Origin: the human T2T-CHM13v2.0 reference genome, Homo sapiens
Reading direction: 5' to 3' (one strand)
DNA length: 64,000 nt
Assembly (NCBI RefSeq): GCF_009914755.1
Contig: NC_060925.1
The translations under genes were made by a program, and so were the position numbers. Below the pieces are notes generated by a model, which had not been told where the DNA came from, made no database searches, and worked only from the letters and a program-made list of their open reading frames with translations. This document shows positions 47,395-62,388 of this stretch, piece after piece; the first letter of the stretch is position 1, and each line of letters starts with the position of its first letter.

Positions 47395-48337
47395 CTACCG
47401 ATTCTTCTCCCACCACTGGTGAGCCAGTTTATGACCTGTCAGAGGAAATGGGGAGGAGGCATAAAGACCACCAAGGAAAGTTGGGAGACACAATACCTGC
47501 ATGAACTTGGACAAGTCAGTCTCTCTGTGCCTGTTTCCTCCTCTGTGTGATGAGGATAGTAATGTCTAACCTTTCGAGAGAATAAATGAGATTGTGGGTA
47601 TAGAGAAGCTTTGTGTGCTATGAGCCAGGTGCAGAAAATTGTGGCTAACATTGGTGCAGCACTCCCTGAGCACTGCACCGGACTTAGCAGCTTTTTGTCT
47701 TTCAAACTCATGTCACCCTGACGATAACCTAGTGAGGCAGGTACTATTCTCATCCCTGATTTACAGATGACAGCCAGGATTTGCACTCAGATAGAGTGGC
47801 TCTAGAGCTTGCGTGGCTTAACCATTATTCTACACTGGCTCTCCCTGTGACAGTGTTCACCCTGCCTTCTCTGTGACCTTGGGCCAGTCTCTTTTCTTCA
47901 GTGTTCCCAACTCTATGGTAGGAGGTTGGGCCAGATGATTTATTTAATCCCTCAAGCTTTGGCAGTCAGTGGTTCAGGAAAGGAACTTCCAAGTAGGGGA
48001 GAGGGCGAGGTGGGGCCAGAGCAGAGACAGGACAAACTTTTCCAGTTTGTCATCAGTGAGTAGGCTGGCAGACTCCCCTTTGCCCTATAAGTGGGGCCAA
48101 GGGAGCAGGTGATGCTCAGCCCCAGCCTGAAATATTCACTGGTCCCTGAGGATCACTGAGGTCTGACCACCAGGTCCGCCTGCCAATAGTCAGGCAAGGC
48201 CCATCTGCTTCTGCTAACAGACTCCAGAGGATTCTTCTTCAGTATTCAGTCTCTACCTGCCCATTCTGGGCCCCTGTCCCCTCACCCAGGATCAGTTTAT
48301 CTGGGCACCAGGCCTGGTGTGGGGCCTGGGGATGGGG

Positions 48338-48347
48338 CTATTTATAG
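48338..48347. promoter_or_regulatory. Consensus MEF2 site CTATTTATAG
   Basis: Exact CTA(A/T)4TAG match in GC-rich unique sequence; function inferred. Confidence 0.45.
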
Positions 48348-49298
48348 ATGTCTTCTGTCTCCTTGGCCTGGGCCTCTAGCCAGATTAGGCCATTCACACA
48401 CATGCGTGTGCACACACACATTTTCTCTGTCAATCACTCATTGAACTTGACTGTCACTAGTCTGATGCCTGGCCTCAATGCTGAGTATGGATAACCAACA
48501 GATGACCTAGACTTGGTCCCTGCCCTCATAGAGGGATGGGAGAGGTGGACTTGTCTACAGACTATGACAATACAGAAAGGCTATTACTATCACATAGGGC
48601 TGTCTCTATACCATGGAATACCATGGAGGGAGGGAGCCCCCCACTCTGCCAGAAAAGTCAGGAAAGGCTTCATACGGAGGCACTCTTTGGGCTGGGTCTT
48701 GAAGGATAGGCACATAGGAGTCCACTAGATGTGGGGAGGGGAATTGGGAAAGCAGAGGAGAAGGATTCATTGAGAGAGGATGAGATTTTCCTGATGATTG
48801 CCCTGGGGTGACAGCAGAAGATAAAAATGGCAAGTGATGAGAATGGAAAGATAATGTAGGGCACACAGGAGAAGACCTTGCTCGTCATCCAGGAGTCTGG
48901 CCTTCCTTCTGAAAGCAGTTGAGAGTAATGGAGGATTTCGGGCAGGGGACCTTCATGATCTGATTTGTATTATGGGAAGAGTTCCCTGTCTGCTGTGTGG
49001 AGGCTGCATGGAAGATATCAGTTAGGTGGCTGTGGCAGCTGTCCAGACTGCACAGTCTGGCAGGGCTCAGCCATGCACCCACTGCAACTAGAAAGAGGGG
49101 GAAAGGGAAGAGGACACACTCCTCCTAATTAAAGGCATGGCCTGGCCACTGCACACATCTCTTCTCTCTTGGCTACATCTACATGCAAGGGAGACTAGGA
49201 AATATAGTGATTATTCTGGACGGCTTTTTACTCTAGAAAAGGGAGAGAGTAGATATCAGGGTACTGGAGGTCTCTGATACAGTGGTTAAAAGTCTCTG

Positions 49299-49598
49299 AG
49301 CCGGGCATGGTGGCTCACACCTGTAATCCCAGCAATTTGGGAGGCCGAGGCAGGTGGATTACTTGAGGTTAGGAGTTCGAGACCAGCCTGGCCAACATGG
49401 TGAAACCCCATCTCTACTAAAAATACAAAAATTAGCTGGGCATGGTGGTGCATGCCTGTAATCCCAGCTAGTCGGGAGGCTAAGGCAGGAGAATCACTTG
49501 AACCCAGGAGGCAGAGGCTACACAGTGAGCCAAGATCGTGCCACTGCACTCCAGCCTGGGTGACAGATCGAGACTCTGTCTCAAAAAAAAAAAAAAAA
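49299..49598 (+). mobile_element. Alu SINE, TSD aaaagtctctga
   Basis: Full Alu with TSD. Confidence 0.93.
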
Positions 49599-51037
49599 GT
49601 CTCTGAAATCAGATTTCTGAGTTTAAGTCCTGCCTTAACCACTTACCATCTGTTCAGGCAGATTACTCACCCTCTCTTGTGCCTCAATTACCTCCTCTGA
49701 GGGTACAGTGAGCTAACACACACCAAGTGCTTAGATAGATCCTGGCACTTATGAGGCCCAGAGCTATTTTCTGTTTCTAAGAGAAGTGGGGGCTCTGGGA
49801 ACAGGTATTGCCTGACTCCCCAGGAATCGCTGAGGCACCCACAGTGGGGCAGATGTCTGGCTAGGGCAGCCAGGACTATGAGCTGTGCCCTTTAGCTCCA
49901 TTCTCTCAATCCCCATGGCTTAGCTGAGGCAGACAATGCTGGGAGCAGGGTATGGGGGTCCTGGGAAAAGAAAGGAAGGTGGATTTTAGAGATAATTCAA
50001 GGATAGATAGCCTAAGAAATGAAGTCTCTGGATCTAGGGGCTTCAGATGCAGCCCAGCCTGGAGCCCCTTTCCCTCACAGGACAACAGATCTCCCAGGGC
50101 CATGGTGGGGCAGGGAAGGGGAGGTGGGGTGGCTAGTCAAGGTCACCTTGACTAGTGACTCCAGACTTGGCTGCTGTGTGACCTCAGGCCTCCAACCACC
50201 ACTGACCTTCTCTGGGCCTTGATCTTTCCATCTGGAGGCTGGGATCACTTCTTGCCTTCCTGCAAGGTGAATGTGAAGATTAGATGTCAGTCATAGAATC
50301 AGGTTGCTCCCTGCAGGGCTGAGTGCCTTGGAGGGATGTGTCAGTAGCAGATGACAGTGCACCCCCTTCCCCAGAAGGAGAAGCACTGCAGCTCAGTCCA
50401 GCTAAGCCATGACTGCCTGTCCTGCCTTCTTCCTCATTTGAGCTATGCTCTTTTCCCTAGGCTACTGGTTGTAAAATAGGGTGGGATAAGAGAGTAATGT
50501 GGGAGGGAAAGGATGGGTGGAAGGAAACAAGAGGGAGGAGGATAGCAACATCAGGTGAAAGGCAGAATGGTAAGATTGAGGGCTCATGGCTGAGGAAAAT
50601 GAAAACTTAGAGTGACGGGGGAGGTGTCTAGAATTAGCTTTGTGGAAACCCACTCTCCCCATATTCAGGCGCAGATGGGGAGCTTGCTGAGGGTAGTGCT
50701 GTGCCTTATTCATCTCTCTGTCCTCTTCTCAGGGCAGGACACAGTATAAGCCTCCACCGAAAACAGTTCTGCTGTCAGAGTTTGTTGACTGAACCCCAGA
50801 CTTGGCCCCCCACTGAGCCTTCATGAAGCCTCCCCACCCAGGCCCTGCTTACAGGAGGATCTGAAAGGCAGCCTTGAGAAGGAAGGGCAGCTGGGAGACA
50901 GGAGTGTGGGTCCTGCTAGGGCTCCCTCAGTGCCTTGCTGTGCTACCTGGGACAAACCACTTATCCTCTAAAGCTCTTTCCCCATCTGAGTAATGTGAGT
51001 CCATGGCTGTGGTTTGAGAGCTATTTTTACTCCATTA

Positions 51038-51358
<321 letters not shown>

Positions 51359-52929
51359 CCACAAATTCTTAGTTGGAAGTCCAGGAGATAAAAGGGATCT
51401 TCACCGGTGGAAGCCAGGAAGGGTGTTGGAACCCACTTATATGGTCCTGGGGGTCTGCGAAGGCCAGTTTAAAGAATGGAAGCTGTGCTCTCTGGGCCTC
51501 AAGCAGGCCTGGCTATCCCACCCCTGCCTACTATCCCATCCCCACTACCTCCACATGTCCTTTCTGCAGCCTGGGTGGGAATGGGGGTCCAGTCAACTTG
51601 CAAAGAGCAAGCAGTGCCCCTCTTGAGGCTGTCTTTCAATCTCTGGGAAATAGCACCACTCACCCCAGCCCCACCCCACACAGACACAGTGGTCTTGCCC
51701 TGGGTCCCTTGGGCTGGGGGAGGGGCCCAGAGAGAGCCCTCAGATTCCAGAGACTCTGGATGCTTAGCAGGGATTGGGGTCTTTAGTAGGGGGTTGGGAA
51801 GAGAAGAAATGTGTTTCGGGGAAACCAGGAGATTGGAGCCAGGAGGTTCCTGGCTAAGTGATCTAGAGTAGCCACTGCATCTCTCTGGATCTCAGTTTCT
51901 CCATCAGTACAATGAGGGATGAATGCCCTTTCATTTGTGACTGGCAGAATGATAGGAGTGGGGATGGGGGCAGAGATTGTGTTGTGGGTGCTGAGTTTCC
52001 CGAGAGAGCATCTTGCTTATAGTTCAGAGCCAGTGATGGTGGCTGCAGCAGCCGAGCCTTGGAGGGAGGGTTGGTAGGAAGACTTGGTTGAACCTGGGCC
52101 CTGCCACTAAGTTAGTGGGTGTTGTCCCCTCCTGGGGCCACACTTTCTCCATCTGTCTAATGGGACTAGATGCTCCCAGACCCAGGAGTCAGTGACTGCA
52201 CCTGGCATCAGAGACTGGGGCAGAGGCCTGCAGCTGGCCCAGGTGAGGGTCACGGTCTCATTGTGCAGAGCCAGGAGTGGTTGTCAAAGGTAGCGTAGAA
52301 AACCAAGAGTCAGGTGGGAGTGCTGAAGGAACCTCCAACTTTTTTGGTTTATAGATGGGGAAACAGGCTGGATGTGAGGAGACCAGTTGTCGAGGGTCCC
52401 AGAATGGGTTGCGGACAGAGACAGGATGAAAACTGGGACTACTGACCATCTATTCCAGCTTCTCCTCACAGGAAGCTCTGATAGAAGGTACAGGGAGTAG
52501 CCTTGTCTGGGGAGTGGGGAGATGGCCCCTCCACATCCCTGCGAGGTGCGGAAACAGATAACACAATGGGAGCTCAGCCGGCTTGTGTTCCCTTTCCTTT
52601 TTTCTCTCTGCTTGTCCTGCACTCTGCTCAGGACTTGTTAATCTCAGAAGTCTCCAGTTAACCATCCCATCTTTTCCACAAGGACAGGATAGGGGTGCAG
52701 TCGGACAGGAGCAGCAGAAAAGGGGGTTGGGATTTTGCAGTGACAAAGAGGTCCAGGTGTAGGCGCATGAGATTGGGCTAGGATGTGCAGGGAGGAACTG
52801 AGCACAGAGCTTTCCCCTGTGTCTGGGGTTGGGGTGAGGTAAGGTTTCTCTAATAATTTCTGGAACCCCTTCAGAGACCATGGTTTTCTGGTTCTCAAGT
52901 CCAGAAGAGACATCCCAGATATGCACATA

Positions 52930-54200
52930 CCCAGGCACATCCACACAGACGACTTCACCATCCACACTCCCAGACACATCCACACAGATGACATCACCCA
53001 CACCCCCAGGCCCATCCACACAGATGACCTCACCATCCACAACCCAAGACATATCCACACAGATGACCTCACCCACACCCCTAGGCACAACCACACAGAC
53101 GACCTCACCCACACCCCCAGACACATCCACACAGATGACCACACCATCGACACCCCCAGACACATCCACACAGATGACCACACCATCGACACCCCCAGAC
53201 ACATCTACACAGATGACCACACCATCGACACCCCCAGACACATCCACACAGAGGACCTCACCATCCACACCCAGACACATCCACACAGACGACCTCACCA
53301 TCCACACCCCCAGACACATCCACACAGAGGACCTCACCATCCACACCCAGACACATCCCCACGGACGACCTCACCCACACCCCCAGACACATCCACACAG
53401 ATGACATCACCCACACCCCCAGGCCCATCCACACAGATGACCTCACCATCCACACCCCCAGACACATCCACACAGACGACCTCACCCACACCCCCAGGCA
53501 CAACCACACAGACGACCTCACCCACACCCCCAGACACATCCACACAGATGACCACACCATCGACACCCCCAGACACATCCACACAGATGACCACACCATC
53601 GACACCCCCAGACACATCCACACAGATGACCACACCATCGATACCCCCAGACACATCCACACAGATGACCTCACCATCCACACTCAGACATATCCCCACA
53701 GAGGACCTCACCATCCACACGCAGACACATCCCCACAGACCTCACTATCCACACCCAGACACATCCACACAGACGACCTCACCATCCACACCCAGACACA
53801 TCCCCACAGAGGACCTCACCATCCACACCCAGACACATCCCCACAGAGGACCTCACCATCCACACCCAGACACGTCCCCACAGAGGACCTCACCATCCAC
53901 ACCCAGACACGTCCACACAGACGACCTCACCATCCACACCCAGACACATCCCCACGGATGACCTCACCATCCACACCCAGACACATCCCCACGGATGACC
54001 TCACCATCCACACCCCCAGACACATCCACACAGATGACCTCACCCACACCCCGAGACACATCCACATGGACGACCTCACCCACATCCCCAGACACGTCCA
54101 CACAGACGACCTCATCCACACCCCCAGACACATCCATGCAGATGATCTCACCCACACATCCAGACACATCCACATGGACGACCTCACCCACATATCCTCA
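52930..54200. repeat. Minisatellite/VNTR, roughly 36 units of 33-36 bp (consensus CCAGACACATCCACACAGATGACCTCACCATCCACACC)
   Basis: Directly visible tandem array with variant units. Confidence 0.97.
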
Positions 54201-54217
54201 CCACATACGTGGCATCA

Positions 54218-54750
<533 letters not shown>

Positions 54751-55197
54751 AGCTCTGCTCCTAACACATTCCAGCCATTCCCTTGGAGACTCACAGTCCC
54801 ACAGACACCATCCTGCTAGAGAGACACACTCATCCAGGGACAAACATTCACACCCCTAGACCCATCACCACTGAGGGCACACCCACCTCTCCACCCCAGA
54901 CACATACAGTCACATCAGCCCCAGTATCACAGAGCCTCACCTACAGCCAGAGTTCCTCCCAGCTGGGTGGGTCCAGGCATCCCACCAGGGCACAGGGCCA
55001 TTACACTCACCCCTCTCTCGGGCTGCCAGGGTCTCCTCCACCCTCTTGCTCCACACAGTCCCTCCCCCAAATGCACACTAGCCTACCTGCTGGGCTGGCC
55101 ATGGAGGATAGAGGAGAGGGCAATGCCAGCTCTTCCACCTACTCCGCAGCCAGCCTGCAGGGACCCAGCTGGGGATAAGATGCCAATAATAATACCT

Positions 55198-55927
<730 letters not shown>

Positions 55928-57382
55928 TAGGTAATATTTTTTTATCCCCATTTTATAGGTGAGGAAGCTGAGACACAGAAAAGTTAAGTCACTTGAGCAA
56001 GATCACAGCTAGTAGGAGAGGAAGCCGGAATTTTAACCTGCTGTAGACAGCATGGTCTGTCAGTTGTTGATGTGACTGTACTGGGCATGCCAGGCACTGT
56101 GAACCCAGTGGTTCCAGGGTCTGCCCCTGAGGAGCTCAGGTCCTCTGTGAAATGATGAAAAAAGGTGATTATGATGCAGCGTCTTTTTGACTGGGGTCCG
56201 TGGTCAGTCCCAGGAGTCCCCAGGATGGTCACTTGGCTGGTGGAACAGATGATTTTCTTTCACTACAGTCACAATATTTGGAAGATGTCTGCATGAGAGA
56301 TAGTCCTTTTTACCTTTTTACAGACAAAATTGTCAAATATGTAATAAAGGCATTTTCACTGATAGCATACACCGTCAGATAATGGACAGTCCACACGGCA
56401 GCTGGTTACCCAGCCTAGATAGAGGGCTTTCTCAATGGTGGGAATGCAAGGAAACCTGCTCTGCCGGTGTGTGTTCTGGGCACGCAGCGGGCCTCATTTA
56501 TGACTTAGTTCAACATTACAAACCTTCGGGAGCCCCACCCTCCTTCTCTGAGAGTTGCCGCTCCCTACTAGGTATGGCCCCTGAGGCCATGTTTATATGC
56601 TTTGACTCCTGCCCCTCCAGCTTCCCGGAGGGGATACCCCAAAATGAAGGCCTCAGAAGCAACTGAGACTGACTGATCCAGGAATGCCTATCTGATCCAA
56701 GTAGGCCAATCAGGTCCTTTGTCTGGGGCTTGGGAATCTGCATTCCACTGGCTGGGACTGGCCCCTGAACTGAGAACAGGTAATCTTGGGAACTGTAAAG
56801 CAGCCACCTTCACATTCACTGCGGTTTACACAGAAGAAAAGAAGCAGAAAGCTCTCTACAGGAGTAGAGAAGAATGAGGCAGTGAAGAGGGGGAAAGTGC
56901 TGAGCTCCAGAAGCCATCCAGCTCCACAAGGGGCCACAATTGCTCCCCCAATCCTTATGATAACGCCTGATTTTTCTTTCCATTAGCCTGAGACAGTTTC
57001 TGTTCCTTGTAGTCAAAGAGCCTTATTTAAGGCACTTGAATTAGAAAACATCAAAGAGAAGAGAGTGCCGCAAATCTCCTAAATGTATTGGTTTTATGGT
57101 CATTTTTGAATATGACAGACTCCAAAGCCGTGGAGCTTACATGTGTCCTGGAGTATCCCCAGTGGAAGCTTGAGGTTGTTTGTCTCTGTGTACATCCCCT
57201 AGTGGAGTGGAGATGGCTTTCCTGATAAGAAATGTGCTTTGAAAGGACTTTATTAAGCTTGGAATTGCCCAGTGGTTTGCTGGACAATAAATATTTGAAA
57301 ACTAGTTTCTCAAAAATCCAAATGTATAGGTTATATATGGACATATATTTATTATAAATTTTACTGATATAAAGGCTGTGTA

Positions 57383-58560
<1,178 letters not shown>

Positions 58561-58738
58561 TACTGTTATAATATTTTTCACCCTTCTACAGATATATTCA
58601 TTAAACAGAAACTTCTTTCAGCTTTAGCACCAGACTTGACAAACTATTAAGTTTAATTTGCACTTTTAACATTTTGTCTATCACTTTCTTTAGTCTTGAA
58701 AGTCAACAAAACAACAAATCAGTTCCTTATTTGTACCT

Positions 58739-59382
58739 ATCAGGACTCAGACAACAATACCCCAAAATGAAGGCCTCAGAAGCAAAAGTTTTTCTTTGAC
58801 CTTCTCCTGTCCTCTTGTCTTTCTGTTCCATTCTCCCCTGAGGCTAGCCATAGAAACTAGAATCTCTCTTCCCCAAGGCTAGCATCCCTTTTCCCCAAGA
58901 CATTTCACGGAAAACAAACCCCTTTTCCCCCGAAGCCAGCCGTAAAACCTAAAAGCATTACTCTGGATTTTCCTCCACCTTTCTGTGTGAAAAGAAGTTA
59001 TCTTACCTACCTTGACTCTAGGTCATAAGATCCTCATTCCAGAGTGGGTCCTGCCCCATATTCAGAAGGAAGGAATGAATGCTCAGAGAGGCCAGGAAGA
59101 ATCCAGGCAGAAGTCCTTGCTGGGCTTCCTCACTCAGTCTATTAGCATTTGATCATAGCCTTTTCATCCAGTCATATTTCTACATGGCTGTCCATACTTT
59201 GTTGAACCTAAGCATAAAAATGAATAGTTTTCTGTTTTTCTTCAGGTCTTCATGCTGAAGGCTCCCATGTACATGTTAATAATAACTTTTGTATGCTTTG
59301 TCTCCAATTTTCTGCCTTTTGTGAGTTGATTTTTCCATGAACCTTCAGAGGGCAAAAGGGAAAATTTTCCCTGGCCCCCATA
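58739..59382 (+). mobile_element. MER39-family ERV1 solo LTR
   Basis: ggactcagacaacaataccccaaaatgaaggcctcagaagcaaaagtttttctttgaccttctcctg 5' end; ~640 bp. Confidence 0.75.
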
Positions 59383-59530
59383 TGCTGTTTACCAATTTCT
59401 GTGGTGTAAATACCCCCACTCGGCTGATTCAAGCTGCTGCCACGATGTTATGGAGCCAAGAGTTAGGAAGAGATGTGCAGAAGCACATCATTATGTCATA
59501 ATTCCACTACACAGATAACAACAGATGTAG

Positions 59531-60392
<862 letters not shown>

Positions 60393-60919
60393 TATACAAT
60401 TTAATTTTTAACAATGACTGTTAAACAGCCCTCTTGCAAAATGCCTGAAACTTTAGCAATTTGCTCTTGCTAGCTGGTGTGAGCGGCTCTTATACACTGA
60501 TGGACTTGTCCCCAGCCAAAGGCATCCCACAGGGCATTGTCAACAAAAGAGGCCCCATGATATAATATTTATAATTATAAATATTAATACTTTTTGACCC
60601 AGTCAAAATCATCTCCCAGACCTCAAGAAACTCTTCTTCGGGTCACTTGCACCTCCTCTTAATTCTCCTAAACACATTGTTGCCATTTAGACTACTGAAT
60701 GTCAGAGCCAGAAGGGTCCTGAGGCCATTTGGTGCCTTCAACTTGTGAAGATGGGGCAACTGAGGCCCAGGGTAGGGCAGGGACTTGCTTAAGCTCATTA
60801 ACATTGAAAACCAAGTCTTATGGCTCCCAGGTCAGGACTCATCCTATTAACTCCTTTCTTAGGGATAGGGAAGCTGGCCCAGAGAGAGGAAGGTGAGTGC
60901 AAATTCACACAGCAAACAA

Positions 60920-61400
60920 GCGTCAGAGCCAGAGCCTGGGGATTCTCCTCGCCCGCCCAGATCTCCTCGGAACCTTCACCTTCCTCTTGGGCCCTGGAAA
61001 TGAGGCATGTGCGCGCCTCCTCCGTGCACCCAGGGCCAGGCGTTGAAGACGGAAGGGGCGATTCCTGCGGGTGTTCTTCTCGGAGCTGAGGTTGGCACGC
61101 ACCAGTTTGTCCACTGGGGGGCACTACGGAGCCGAGCTAGGAGAGCGCGCGGGCTCCCGGAGCCTCCCAGCCCTGATTCATCCGCACTTGAGCCCGGCGG
61201 GAAAACAGGTGTCCCGAGAGGAGAGGAACTAGCCAGACGTCACCCTGAGAACTAGAGACAGAGCTGGCACTTGACGCGGACCTCCTGACACCAGTCAGGT
61301 GCACTCTCCCGGCGTCTAAGCGCGTCCCTCCCCCTCTTCCGGGGGCCGGGCTGCTACTTCTTTTCCTGTCAACTGGGGTCAGCGAAGGCCCTCCTGGGCC
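60920..61400. promoter_or_regulatory. Orphan CpG-rich element with CTCF-like motif (61108-61126)
   Basis: Many CpGs outside any repeat; TGTCCACTGGGGGGCACTA resembles the CTCF core. Confidence 0.6.
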
Positions 61401-61517
61401 AGGCTGTGCAGAACCACAGCTCTGTCTGGCATGGCATTGCACCTCCACTGGACAGTGGCCGGTGCTGAGCGACACATGCCTCATTCCCTCTCTGTCCAGG
61501 GCCGCTCCCCACCCCGC

Positions 61518-61833
61518 CTTCTTCTTCTTCTTCTTCTTTTTTTTTTTGGAAACGGAGTCTTGCTCTGTCACCCAGGCTGGAGTGCAGTGGCGCGACCTCG
61601 GCTCACTGCAACCTCTGCCTCCTGGGTCCAAGCCATTCTCCTGCCTCAGCCTCCCAAGAGTACCTGGGATTACAGGCGCCCGCCACCACACCCAGCTAAT
61701 TTTTGTATTTTTAGTAGAGACGGGGTTTCACCATGTTGGCCAGGCTGGTCTTGAACTCCTGACCTTGGGTGATCCGCCCATCTCGGCCTCCCAAAGTGCT
61801 GGGATTACAGGCGTGAGCCACCGCGCCCGCCCC
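61518..61833 (-). mobile_element. Alu SINE with (CTT)n/poly-T tail, TSD ccgccttct
   Basis: CpG-rich full-length Alu. Confidence 0.93.
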
Positions 61834-62102
61834 GCCTTCTGTCATCCCGTATCAGCGCAAGTCTTTGCCGTTTACCAAACATTGTCACACCCTCTGATTA
61901 CCTTCTTTTTCTGAGTAGAGAGGAAGGGTGGCGGGGGCTGGGGTTAGACCTGAGCTTCAGTCTTGGACCAGCTACTCAAACTCACCTCGTTACACAATCA
62001 CTTTGTGCCTTGGTTTCCTTATTTTAAAGCAGAGATCATAGTTCTTATCTCACAGGGTTGTTGAGAGGATTAAAAGAGGTAACACAGCAAGTCCTTGGGA
62101 AC

Positions 62103-62388
62103 TTTTCTTTTTGAGACAGGGTCTTGCTTTGTATCCCAGGCTGAAGTGCAATACCGCGATCGTGGCTCACTGCAGCCTCCACTTCCTGGCCTCAAGCAAT
62201 CCTCCTGCCTCAGCCTCCATGTAGCTGGGACCACATGCGCCTCCACCATGGCTAATTTTTTATTGTTTTGTAGAGGCAGGGTTTTACTTTGTTGCCCAGG
62301 CTGGTCTCCAACTCCTGGGCTCAAGCGATCCTCCCATCTCTTCCTCCCGAAGTGCTGGGATTACAGGTGTAAGCCACCTCACCTGGCC
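62103..62388 (-). mobile_element. Alu SINE (AluJ-like), TSD cttgggaactttt
   Basis: Antisense Alu with TSD. Confidence 0.9.

Noticed and set aside
52839-52874. GT...AG mini-intron before the VNTR ORF
   Set aside because: About 36 nt, below the minimum human spliceosomal intron size
52450-54193. Val/Gly/Asp- and Trp/Val-rich minus-strand ORFs (up to 298 aa)
   Set aside because: Antisense readings of the VNTR with no promoter or splice support
52930-54200. CRISPR-like appearance of ~36-bp periodicity
   Set aside because: Units are contiguous with no unique spacers, there are no cas genes, and the context is eukaryotic
60565-60588. 24-bp perfect AT palindrome
   Set aside because: Short and low-complexity; plausible by chance
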